DNA from: a virus
IMG/VR virus record: IMGVR_UViG_3300032214_001486
Span: 32,001-96,000 of that record
DNA length: 64,000 nucleotides
Strand: one strand, 5' to 3'
The notes below the pieces were generated by a model. That model worked only from the letters and a program-made list of their open reading frames with translations, was not told the DNA's origin and did not search any database. The position numbers and the translations under genes are program-made. Positions 17,553 through 26,080 of the stretch are shown one piece after another; the first letter of the stretch is position 1; each line of letters starts with the position of its first letter.

Positions 17553-17762
17553 TTAGCGCAGCTTTTTGGCTACAACGTAGCCCAGGGTGTAGAGCAGGGT
17601 CCGGGTGACCATCGGCTGATTATTCAGCACCGGGATTTTGCGGGTCGCTTGCGCGAGCCCGAACCCGACCAGGGCCACCAGGGCCAATTCAGGCAACGGG
17701 GGCAGGTATTTTGTGACGGCAGACAAGGGGCCTCCGGGGATAGACAGAGAAAGCCCGCTCAC
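17553..17762 (-). CDS. small two-TM membrane protein
   Basis: Two hydrophobic segments and a basic C-terminus. Confidence 0.55.
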   Translation of the reverse strand: MSGLSLSIPGGPLSAVTKYLPPLPELALVALVGFGLAQATRKIPVLNNQPMVTRTLLYTLGYVVAKKLR

Positions 17763-17795
17763 GTTACCGCAAGCGGGCTCTGCCCGTCAACCCCC

Positions 17796-18056
17796 TTACT
17801 TCCCCGCCGATGGGGGCGCGGGTATTTCGTGCCGGGTGCCGTCCTTTAAGGTCGCCTCCACCCTCCCGGCACGGGCCGCGGTCATGCCCGCAATTTCCGC
17901 CGGGTCAACCCCGTGCTCCATGACCGCCGCTTGCCAGTCCAGCACGCGGAGCAGCTTTTGCATTTCCGCGATCTTGGCCTGGATGGTGCCCACCAATTGC
18001 CGGGTAGCCCGGCCACGGGCGGGCAGGTCCAGCGGGGCGTCGGGGTCACCAGCCAT
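17796..18056 (-). CDS. hypothetical protein
   Basis: Likely start MAGDPD, overlapping upstream stop. Confidence 0.5.
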   Translation of the reverse strand: MAGDPDAPLDLPARGRATRQLVGTIQAKIAEMQKLLRVLDWQAAVMEHGVDPAEIAGMTAARAGRVEATLKDGTRHEIPAPPSAGK

Positions 18057-18327
18057 CGGGGCCGCCGTCGTCGGGGCCATCGTCGTAACAACCCCCGTAA
18101 CCCCCGTCCTCGTCGTCGATGGGCTCGTCGGCCTCATACCGATCCCTAATGTCGGGCCGGAATTGGGCCAATTTCTCGTCCTCACAGTCGGGGCAGACCC
18201 GGCAGAGAGGAATTCCATACCCGTCCTTAATCCAGTAGGTTGAAAGGGTGCTGATTTTGCCGCCGACACACTTATGCTCTTGCTTGGGCGGGGCGGGGGG
18301 ATCGTAAAGGTGAACGATGGTGGACAT
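18046..18327 (-). CDS. small Cys-containing protein
   Basis: HKC..CRVCPDC; GGAG RBS; coupled to upstream gene. Confidence 0.65.
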   Translation of the reverse strand: MSTIVHLYDPPAPPKQEHKCVGGKISTLSTYWIKDGYGIPLCRVCPDCEDEKLAQFRPDIRDRYEADEPIDDEDGGYGGCYDDGPDDGGPDGW

Positions 18328-18518
18328 TATTTCTCCTCCGTGTAGCCGTCAAACCACGGGCCGCGCTTTTGGGTGTAAGCGCGGGCCTTCGCCGTCGTCG
18401 CCGTCTTGGACGACGTTTCGGGGTCACTACAATGGGCCTGCGCTTCCGCCAGCGTCAAGCCGGTCTTGACTGTGCGCTTGCGCGAGCCATTGTAGAATTG
18501 TCGGACGATCTTATACAC
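18327..18518 (-). CDS. small phage protein (GLTLAEAQAHC type)
   Basis: GTG start; YKIVR..TGLTLAEAQAHCSDPETSS..WFDGY. Confidence 0.7.
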   Translation of the reverse strand: MYKIVRQFYNGSRKRTVKTGLTLAEAQAHCSDPETSSKTATTAKARAYTQKRGPWFDGYTEEK

Positions 18519-18780
18519 CTTCCGCCTCCCATGCGGCCTCAGCCGCATCGTTTTCAGCTTCCTCGGCCTCGACCGCGGCCCACACCAGGGCCTCAACCTC
18601 GGACCACCCCGCCTCGTCGTCGCTCAGGCCAGGGTCGGCGCCCTCGGCCCACACGACGGCCCCCAATTCGGGGCCTTCGGGGGGCTGCCAGTAATTTCCG
18701 GGGTGACCGGGGCCGTATTCCGCGACCCCCCGGACCTCGACACCGCGGACGGTGCCGGAAAATTCGACCCGGCGGGCCAT
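18511..18780 (-). CDS. small acidic protein
   Basis: GGAG RBS; PGNYWQPPEGPE. Confidence 0.65.
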   Translation of the reverse strand: MARRVEFSGTVRGVEVRGVAEYGPGHPGNYWQPPEGPELGAVVWAEGADPGLSDDEAGWSEVEALVWAAVEAEEAENDAAEAAWEAEGV

Positions 18781-19076
18781 TATTTCTCCCCGGCGGGCTC
18801 GGAGGCGGCGGCCTCAGCGGCGGCGGCGAGCTGGGCGGTGGGCTGGGCGGCGAGCTGGGCGTCCAGCCACGCCGTATAGAGCGGCAACATTTCCGCCGCG
18901 GTGCGGGCTTTGAGTCCGCTGACTTCTTTCGCCGCGGCGAGCGCGCTGCCGTTGCGGGCTACCCGCATACCGGCAGCCTCCAAGCGGAGCGCGCTTTTGA
19001 TCGTCACACACCGGTATAGGATCACGTCGGCGCCTGTGAAAATCACGGTGCCGTTGGGCTTTCTCTCGATAGCCAA
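18780..19076 (-). CDS. small phage protein
   Basis: AGGAG RBS; first gene after the TTGACG promoter at 19161. Confidence 0.65.
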   Translation of the reverse strand: MAIERKPNGTVIFTGADVILYRCVTIKSALRLEAAGMRVARNGSALAAAKEVSGLKARTAAEMLPLYTAWLDAQLAAQPTAQLAAAAEAAASEPAGEK

Positions 19077-19132
19077 GGGGGCTCCTGGGCGGGGCGTGGG
19101 GGAGAGGGGAGGGGGCCGCCGCCGACACCAAC

Positions 19133-19163
19133 CTGATAGCCGCCCCCCTGCCGGTCGTCAAGG
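19133..19163 (-). promoter_or_regulatory. sigma70-like promoter, CCTTGACGA class
   Basis: TTGACG-17 bp-TATCAG upstream of the small-ORF cluster. Confidence 0.55.
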
Positions 19164-19256
19164 CTGGACCCTCAACTTTTTGTGTGCTACGCTGTGGGCG
19201 CGGCCAGCGGCGCGTTTTGCGCTATTCCTGCGCCTTTACACACCAGGGGGCTTATC

Positions 19257-20759
19257 GTGTCGATTTATGCTTTTAGCGGAGTCAGCGCCGCGGGCGCTGC
19301 CGCCACGCCGGTCGTGATCGACGGGCCTCTCGGCGGTTTCGGCGAAGTATCTACGGAAATTCCCACGCCGGCCGCTCAGGTAGACTTCATCTATAACGTC
19401 AACGCCGTCGTTTTGGCGACCTACACCTACCTTGCGGGTGCAACGGTCGCGCAGAGCGCGGGGGAAGCCGTCGTTAGCTCAGGCACAAACGCGGCCGGCT
19501 ATTCTCGCCTTTTCGCGCGTCGGGTTATCCGGTATCGGCCCGGTCAGGGCTCGCTTATCCGCATGACAGCGCGGTTTTCGGCAGGCACCGTGGGAAACCG
19601 GCAGCTAATCGGCGCCTATAACGTCATCGCCGGCTATCAATTTGGCTACGTTGACGATGTTTTTGGTATTCTGCACACCAGCGCCGCGGGCGTTGAAATT
19701 CAAGCGTTGACCATCACCGGGTCGCCCGCAGCCCCCGGCAACGTGACAATTACCTTGGACGGCGGGACAGCAGTAACCGCCGCGGTAACGGCGTCAGGCA
19801 GCACCTCAATCTGCGCTTGGCAAATTAGTCAAGCAGATTATTCGCAGACCGCGGGCGGCTGGGATGCGATGGCGCTGGGCAACATTGTGTACTTTGTCCG
19901 CCGGATTGCGGGCCCCGCCGGGGCGTCTACCTTCGCTGCGGGGGCTACGGGCACGGTCGCGGCGTTCACGATCCCGACCATCGGCGTAGCTCCGACAGAA
20001 ACTTTCATCCCGCAGGCCGCCTGGAACGGGGACAAATTCAACGGAACCGGGGCGTCAGCCGTTACTCTCAACCCGCAGAACGGCAACATCTACGCCATTC
20101 AATTCCAATACTTAGGCTACGGGGATGCGTTCTTCTACATCGAGAACCCCAAGACGGGGCGGTTTGCGCTCTGCCACACCATTCAGAACGCCAACGCGCG
20201 GACTTCGACGGTGCTCCGCAACCCGGCGGCGTACATCACTTGGGAGAGCCGGAACACCGGGTCCACCACCAGCGTAGCTGTCCGGGGCGCGTCGGGGTCG
20301 GCCTTCACCGAGGGCGATGTGCGCTTCCTTGGGCCGCGGTTTGCCTACCCGGCGACGCGGGCCGTTGGGGCCGGCGTGCTCACGCCCCTAATGACCTTGC
20401 GCTCTACGCGGGTGTACCAGAACCAAGCGGCCACAGGGCAGCTTCGCCTCGACCGCCTATCGGTTGCCTGCGACGGCACAAAGTCAGTGGAGATCAGGCT
20501 GTATACCGGCGCAACCTTGACTGCTGCTCAATTCTCGCGGGTGTCTGCGGCTACGTCAATGACTGACGTGGACACCGCGGCGACCGCAGTATCCGGTGGA
20601 ACCTTGATCTACGCTTTCACCCTGGCAAAAACCGGAAACTCGACTGACGACCTATCCGACCTCGATATTGTCTTAGAGGCGGGTACTATCGTCACGGTGA
20701 CTGCATTTTCGGCCAACGCCAACGATGTGACCGCGACCGTAACGTGGGTCGAGGACTAA
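19257..20759 (+). CDS. beta-rich virion-like protein (possible spike or lectin fold)
   Basis: Ala/Gly/Thr-rich all-beta pattern, RYRPGQG..ARF, IQFQYLGYG; TGTGCTACGCT extended -10 at 19183. Confidence 0.6.
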   Translation: MSIYAFSGVSAAGAAATPVVIDGPLGGFGEVSTEIPTPAAQVDFIYNVNAVVLATYTYLAGATVAQSAGEAVVSSGTNAAGYSRLFARRVIRYRPGQGSLIRMTARFSAGTVGNRQLIGAYNVIAGYQFGYVDDVFGILHTSAAGVEIQALTITGSPAAPGNVTITLDGGTAVTAAVTASGSTSICAWQISQADYSQTAGGWDAMALGNIVYFVRRIAGPAGASTFAAGATGTVAAFTIPTIGVAPTETFIPQAAWNGDKFNGTGASAVTLNPQNGNIYAIQFQYLGYGDAFFYIENPKTGRFALCHTIQNANARTSTVLRNPAAYITWESRNTGSTTSVAVRGASGSAFTEGDVRFLGPRFAYPATRAVGAGVLTPLMTLRSTRVYQNQAATGQLRLDRLSVACDGTKSVEIRLYTGATLTAAQFSRVSAATSMTDVDTAATAVSGGTLIYAFTLAKTGNSTDDLSDLDIVLEAGTIVTVTAFSANANDVTATVTWVED

Positions 20760-20770
20760 GCGAAGGCGGG

Positions 20771-21457
20771 TCAAGGCGCGAGCAGAGCATCCACAAACAG
20801 GTTTAGCGATTGCTGGCCTGCTTTGCTCTCTAACCATCGTTCGCAGAACGGCTTGTCTGCGCCCGGATGCTCAAAGTAGGGGTCGTTTGTCCGCTGCCAC
20901 ACAAAGGCCCCATTTTCCGTGGGTACTTGGAAGTGGAACCAGCGAAAGACCTCCTGTAAGTGTGTAGCCGCGGCGAGGGATTTCCAGTGTAGACCCGCGA
21001 CGATGACCCCACACCGCTTGCCGGTCATCGGGTAGGGCTCACCCCAGCTTGCGCCTCGGTTTTCCAGGGTGTCCATGCGCTCGATGATCTTCTGCATGAG
21101 GGCTGAGTGTGAACCCCACCGGGTTGAAGTCGCAAAAAGCACGGTGTCGGCCCACGCAAGGCCATCGTAGATCACAGGCATCTGATCGACGCCGCCGTAC
21201 TTCTTGGGGTTCTTCACACTTTCGTAGTGCGCCCAGCACCGATAGGGTCCAGACTCCGGGTTCGCGCAGTCCCGCTTGCCGTTGGCATAGCAGCTTAGGT
21301 TCTGCACAATGTGCAGGTCGTTCGCGTTGATGGTGCGGATAACCGCCTGGGGATTGCGCTCTTTGATGCGAAACAGGGCCGCCTCGGTCATCGCAACCGA
21401 CGTACTCAGCTTCGCGTCATGCGTCGTCGTGCTGATCGCAAGGACATTCTTTGCCAT
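20771..21457 (-). CDS. flavodoxin-like / NADPH-dependent FMN reductase-like protein
   Basis: VLAIS, SCY..C..C, DQM..IY..L..ADTVLFATSTRWG..S.LMQK.IERM. Confidence 0.75.
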   Translation of the reverse strand: MAKNVLAISTTTHDAKLSTSVAMTEAALFRIKERNPQAVIRTINANDLHIVQNLSCYANGKRDCANPESGPYRCWAHYESVKNPKKYGGVDQMPVIYDGLAWADTVLFATSTRWGSHSALMQKIIERMDTLENRGASWGEPYPMTGKRCGVIVAGLHWKSLAAATHLQEVFRWFHFQVPTENGAFVWQRTNDPYFEHPGADKPFCERWLESKAGQQSLNLFVDALLAP

Positions 21458-21502
21458 TAGCTTGCTCTCCAGATACCCCAGGGGCGAGCGGCGGACGGGG
21501 CT

Positions 21503-22234
21503 CTACTTGCCCCGCACGGACTCCACGAGAGCAAGGGCCAGGGCGTACTCCAATAGGTGCTCATAGGACCATGCAAGATCGGACAGCGTTGCTTTTTGAG
21601 GCACCCCGTTGACAGACCAGCCGGAATTGCCTGTCTTTTTCTTGAACTTTAGGGTTTTGAGGCTGTTCACGAGGCCGGCGACAAGATATGCGTTGATCTC
21701 ACCCCATACTTCGGGTCCGTAGGACTGACCATAAGCCCGGATATTGCGGATTGTGCCCAAGGGGCCGGAGGAAACAGGGTCGGTAGAATGAACGTGGTCG
21801 TTGCTGAACAGCCGGACCATCAGCAGGTAGGTAGAATAGGTGCCTGGGTGGGGGTTATTCCACCGTTTTGTCGTGGGGTTCAGCGTTTGCGCGACAAACC
21901 GATACCCCTTGTTCTTTTTGTACTCCAGCCAGTACCGCATGAGCGTCCGGTGTCGCCCATAGGGGTAGTCCTCCACGACATACGCGGTGTTCTCGTCGGT
22001 ATGCCCATAGAGGACTTCGCCCTTTGGGTCAAATTCAAACGGGGCCCGTTCCCACAATAGCTCTGCGGTACGGATGGGGTTCGCCTCGATCCAGTCGAGC
22101 AGCCGGGCTTGCTCCGGGTAGGCGGCGAGCCAGTCTAATAGGTTCAAGTCGCTGCTGCCCCGCGCCGGGGTGAGCCGCCGCACAATCTTTTGGGCGGCCT
22201 TGTAGGCTAAGGGCTCGTACTTTTCGTCAGACAC
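21503..22234 (-). CDS. hypothetical protein with shared N-terminal module
   Basis: LLDWIEANPIRTAELL; TAYVVEDYPYG..RT..RYWLE..TLNP..WNNP..TY. Confidence 0.75.
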   Translation of the reverse strand: MSDEKYEPLAYKAAQKIVRRLTPARGSSDLNLLDWLAAYPEQARLLDWIEANPIRTAELLWERAPFEFDPKGEVLYGHTDENTAYVVEDYPYGRHRTLMRYWLEYKKNKGYRFVAQTLNPTTKRWNNPHPGTYSTYLLMVRLFSNDHVHSTDPVSSGPLGTIRNIRAYGQSYGPEVWGEINAYLVAGLVNSLKTLKFKKKTGNSGWSVNGVPQKATLSDLAWSYEHLLEYALALALVESVRGK

Positions 22235-22299
22235 GGGATACCTCGGGGGTGTATGGGGGGAAAGGGGCCAGTCTACCCTTTAGCGGCAGGCGCAAGCAA
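22232..22299 (-). promoter_or_regulatory. promoter plus RBS leader, copy 1
   Basis: TTGCTT-18 bp-TAGACTGGCCCCT..CCCCCGAGGTATCCC-GTG. Confidence 0.75.
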
Positions 22300-22348
22300 G
22301 CACGGGGCTCACGTTCCTGCGGCCCGCGCCGGCAGAATACCTTAACAC

Positions 22349-23182
22349 TCAACGCTGAGCCCTTAACTGATTTACTACCTGCCTAATCACCCCCCAAAAC
22401 AGCAAGAGCTTAAATAGGTGCGCCCAAGAGTCATCGTACTCCCCAAAGTTTTCGAGGGGAAGCCCCTGCTTTTTTCTCCACATTTCTTGTTGAATTGCCC
22501 CAATTATGGGCTGGATATGGGCTGTCGGGGCAAAGTGTGCCCTCCAGACAGCAGTTTTGGGGTCATTGTCGAGGATGCACACCCCGCAATCCTGTAGGGC
22601 TTTAAGTAGACTTTCGGGGTCATGGGCATCGTACTCGACCAGCCAAGGGTCGCGGATAACACGAGTAGAACCAACACTGATTTCAACCCCCCTTAGTACA
22701 ACAAAATCTGCGGAGCGGTGAAGTTCGGTGGGGGGTTTTGTCCTTGGGTCCATATTGTCCACAACGTCACTGATCGACATCGTTTCGTGGTTGGGCCACT
22801 GAGACTGCAAAATCAAGAGAGACGGACTTTTGCGGGTTGCGGCTTTGGGTACAACCCAAATATCCTTTATGTTACCTACGGATTGGCCTCCTTCTATTTC
22901 TTCCGTTTCTTTCTTTGCCTTTTTGTGCCATTTGGGCCAAGTACTCACAGGGATGGCCCGCGGGTCCGAGGGAATGACAGGAGGAAACGCTCGAAGAAAC
23001 TCGTTTACGATCAAAGTCGGCCAGCGGTTTCTGGTTTTTTCGTGCCCGTCCCCGTTCTCGGGGCTACCCTCACCACCGGAGGCTATAAGGTCGGGCAGGA
23101 CAGCCTGAAACACAGGCAGGGGCATCTTATCCACAAAGAGATCAAGAGCGGCCCAAATTTTAGGGGGGCTACGGTAGGACAC
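22349..23182 (-). CDS. hypothetical protein
   Basis: GTG start at 23182 set by the duplicated leader; in frame with ORF 22349..23278. Confidence 0.7.
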   Translation of the reverse strand: MSYRSPPKIWAALDLFVDKMPLPVFQAVLPDLIASGGEGSPENGDGHEKTRNRWPTLIVNEFLRAFPPVIPSDPRAIPVSTWPKWHKKAKKETEEIEGGQSVGNIKDIWVVPKAATRKSPSLLILQSQWPNHETMSISDVVDNMDPRTKPPTELHRSADFVVLRGVEISVGSTRVIRDPWLVEYDAHDPESLLKALQDCGVCILDNDPKTAVWRAHFAPTAHIQPIIGAIQQEMWRKKQGLPLENFGEYDDSWAHLFKLLLFWGVIRQVVNQLRAQR

Positions 23183-23247
23183 GGGATACCTCGGGGGCGG
23201 GCAGGAGGAGAGGGGCCAGTCTACCCCTTGGCGGCGATAGAAAGCAA
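23180..23247 (-). promoter_or_regulatory. promoter plus RBS leader, copy 2
   Basis: TTGCTT-18 bp-TAGACTGGCCCCT..CCCCCGAGGTATCCC-GTG. Confidence 0.75.
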
Positions 23248-23250
23248 GGG

Positions 23251-24366
23251 TTAGAGGGGTTCGCCGGGGCCGCGCCATACGCCGCCATAGACCGGGCCCT
23301 CGGAGCCGTCCCAGGTGCCGCCGTAGATGACAGCACCGCCGCTAATTTCGGCGTCGCCCTCAACGATGGTATCATTGTAGAGCTTGCACGTCCCTACTTG
23401 TGCCCGGCCACCAACGTAAACCCGGTCGTGAAGCTGAGCATCATCATAAACCTGGGCTCCGTCGCACACTTGGCTATGGCCGTAAACGCAAGCACCGCCA
23501 ATGACGACGGCATTATCGCCTACATAGCTATCGTCCGTCACCAGGGCTTCGTCCCCGACCTGGGCGCTGCCCGATACCAGCGCCCGACCCGACACCGTAG
23601 CGGCCCCGGAAACCTCTGCGTCGCCCCTGATCTCAGGAGTACCCGCTAAGGTTGCGTTGTCCTTTACCACGGCATCATCGAACACAAACGGACCTGCGGA
23701 CGGGTCTAAGCCTTCAATATCGACCGTGCTCTCGATTACGCCCGCACCCTCAACGTAGCGCAGCCGGTTGAGTTTGGTATCGGTATTTTCCAGCTCGTTA
23801 AGGTACTGTAGGCATTTCTCCAAAAAATCGCCGTAGATGCTGTAGTCAACCTGTTTAGCCTTATACCCACGGCCAACTTTGTAATCTACCCATTTTTTGT
23901 GGGTGTAGGTCAAACGGGAAGCCTGATAGTCATACAATTCGTCTACGGTCTTGTCGATTGCCGCGGCTGCGTCTGCTCGGAAATCCTCGGCCCAACCCTC
24001 AGTGTACCCTTCTTCTCCTGCGGCCCAATCGAAGATATTGTCTACTTCGTTACTAATTTCGTGGTAGTCGTCGTGCTCAGACTTGAACCCCTGGATATGG
24101 GCGTTCACCTTGACCATGTATTGCTTGAACACGCCCAGGATGTAGCAGTAGGCGGCGATTGCATCCACCTTACCCTTCTGCCGCTCTTTGTCCCTCCGCT
24201 CAATCAAGCCCTTGGCGAGAAAGGCCCCGTAGTACAGCGGCTTGCTTTGGTACTTCTTGTCCTTTGGGCTGTTCGGCTTTAGCTTCTTTTGGATCTTATT
24301 TTCGCAAACGCCGTAGGCGCTGGCGCCCCGCTGAATGAGCACGCTTGGGTCTTGGGTGTAAGGCAT
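23251..24366 (-). CDS. protein with C-terminal hexapeptide left-handed beta-helix
   Basis: V.G.A.V repeats ending GGTWDGSEG. Confidence 0.8.
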   Translation of the reverse strand: MPYTQDPSVLIQRGASAYGVCENKIQKKLKPNSPKDKKYQSKPLYYGAFLAKGLIERRDKERQKGKVDAIAAYCYILGVFKQYMVKVNAHIQGFKSEHDDYHEISNEVDNIFDWAAGEEGYTEGWAEDFRADAAAAIDKTVDELYDYQASRLTYTHKKWVDYKVGRGYKAKQVDYSIYGDFLEKCLQYLNELENTDTKLNRLRYVEGAGVIESTVDIEGLDPSAGPFVFDDAVVKDNATLAGTPEIRGDAEVSGAATVSGRALVSGSAQVGDEALVTDDSYVGDNAVVIGGACVYGHSQVCDGAQVYDDAQLHDRVYVGGRAQVGTCKLYNDTIVEGDAEISGGAVIYGGTWDGSEGPVYGGVWRGPGEPL

Positions 24367-24395
24367 GGTGTGTGTCCTCTGGTCGAAAGCAGAAA

Positions 24396-25418
24396 TTAGC
24401 GCATAAGCATAGGCATTACCAGCATTAGCTGTTTGCCTGTGTCGGCGTCCAGTATGAGCAGCATTTCGCTTTTTGGTATCTGGTGTACTCGGAAACGGGA
24501 GTAACCCGCTTTTTTGAGCAGCGTGATAAGTTTGGCGCTTAGTGAGTATTGACCCAAGTTTATGTCTACGCTATCTCTTGTCGCGGACACGCCCCGCACG
24601 GGCTGAGGTTGGGATAGGCGGGCCGCCGCAATATTTTCCTGAGTCGGAGAAACAAGGTTGATCTGATCTTCTGCCTTTTTGCCCGTGCGGTTGTACCCCA
24701 GCGTCCGATCACAAGCGGGGTCGAACAGGTCTACCCGGTTGCCTCGGATCTTCTGGTAAACGTCGATAGGGATGATGTAAGAACCCGCCGCAACCGCGTT
24801 TTGCCCCATGTAGATTAGGGGGACTGACGTTCTTTCGCTTAACAGGTCAGACAGCTTTGCCCCAAAACCCTTTATATTTGTGCGTGTGGGCCAATTGCGG
24901 TAGAGATCGGCTACGTCTTTTTCAGCCTTGTCAAAGTAGTGCGCGATGGGGCCATTCAGATCCAGCACGCGGGGGGAGGCTTCTGCCTTGCGGATTAGAC
25001 TCGTTTGAGTAGCTCTATCCCGCCATTCTGTGAGGACTTCTCGCCCTACGTCGGTGAGTACAGCTTGTGTCTCGCTTAGATCGTACAAGGCTGATAACTG
25101 TTCTTTCGCGGCCTTTTCTTCCTTTCGTGTTGCTCGGGGAGCATAGGTACGGAAGGCAGACAGTAATTCCTCTGTTTTGATCGGTTCTGTTAAACCCCGA
25201 ACGTACAACGCAAGTAAAGCGGTGTAGTTTCGATCTGTGCTGGCTGCGAACAAGGCCCGCATGACCCGTGCCCGTGTAGTGTCCTCGTTGCGCTTGACTT
25301 CCTCCCAGGCGAGGGCCTTTTCGACCATATCGGTTAGGTCGAAGTCACGCGCGGCGGGGAACCGGGCATTGACTTCTGCGATGACCCTTTGGGGATCAAT
25401 GTTTTTGGGGGCGACCAC
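24396..25418 (-). CDS. hypothetical protein
   Basis: GAGG RBS; own promoter TCGACA..TGTGCTATACT. Confidence 0.75.
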   Translation of the reverse strand: MVAPKNIDPQRVIAEVNARFPAARDFDLTDMVEKALAWEEVKRNEDTTRARVMRALFAASTDRNYTALLALYVRGLTEPIKTEELLSAFRTYAPRATRKEEKAAKEQLSALYDLSETQAVLTDVGREVLTEWRDRATQTSLIRKAEASPRVLDLNGPIAHYFDKAEKDVADLYRNWPTRTNIKGFGAKLSDLLSERTSVPLIYMGQNAVAAGSYIIPIDVYQKIRGNRVDLFDPACDRTLGYNRTGKKAEDQINLVSPTQENIAAARLSQPQPVRGVSATRDSVDINLGQYSLSAKLITLLKKAGYSRFRVHQIPKSEMLLILDADTGKQLMLVMPMLMR

Positions 25419-25446
25419 GGCGTACCTCGCAGGGAAAAGCCCCGCC

Positions 25447-25476
25447 AGTATAGCACAGGCGGGGCCGGGTTGTCGA
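25447..25476 (-). promoter_or_regulatory. extended -10 sigma70-like promoter
   Basis: TCGACA..TGTGC-TATACT. Confidence 0.65.
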
Positions 25477-25495
25477 GCGCAGTTTTCGCCCGACC

Positions 25496-26080
25496 CTAAT
25501 CGTCAACCTTTGCCTTCCTCCGCTTGCTTGTCACCGGGTAGTGCTTATTCATCCAGGCTTTCACGGCTCCGTAGCGTTCACCGTAGGGTATCTGCCCGTA
25601 GTCGTGCGCGACATACATATCCTTTAGGTATTTCGCGGCGTCCTGACTCCAGATGCGACGGGCTTCTTCCTGCTGTTCGATGGTAATGGCGCCCGTATCT
25701 GCTCGGTCTGCGAGTACCCGTTGAATGTCCGAGACAAACATTCGCTTTACGAAGATGCCCTGTAGGGCGCCGTAGAAGTCTGCCGCCAAGCTACCGGGGG
25801 AAGGGGCCGAGCCGCGCACAAGGAACCCGCCATCGCCCCTTTCAGGGTAAGAGCTTTGTGCCCACGCTGCGATGTTCTCCCGCGTCGGGGGCAGCCGTAG
25901 TCCCGGCTGGGCCTCAACCGCAGCGTAGATCAGCCGGGCGGTCTTGCTTTCGTTCTGGTCTACCCATTCGCGCAGACCAGGGCTCTCCCGCTCCCGCAGC
26001 GTGATCTCCCGGTCTACCAGCCGCCACAACGCCGCCGCTTTCAGCCGCAACGCAAATTCTGTGTCTCGGTCTGTGGTCAT
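25496..26080 (-). CDS. hypothetical protein with shared N-terminal module
   Basis: PGLREWVDQNESKTARLI; ATGA overlap with upstream gene. Confidence 0.75.
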   Translation of the reverse strand: MTTDRDTEFALRLKAAALWRLVDREITLRERESPGLREWVDQNESKTARLIYAAVEAQPGLRLPPTRENIAAWAQSSYPERGDGGFLVRGSAPSPGSLAADFYGALQGIFVKRMFVSDIQRVLADRADTGAITIEQQEEARRIWSQDAAKYLKDMYVAHDYGQIPYGERYGAVKAWMNKHYPVTSKRRKAKVDD

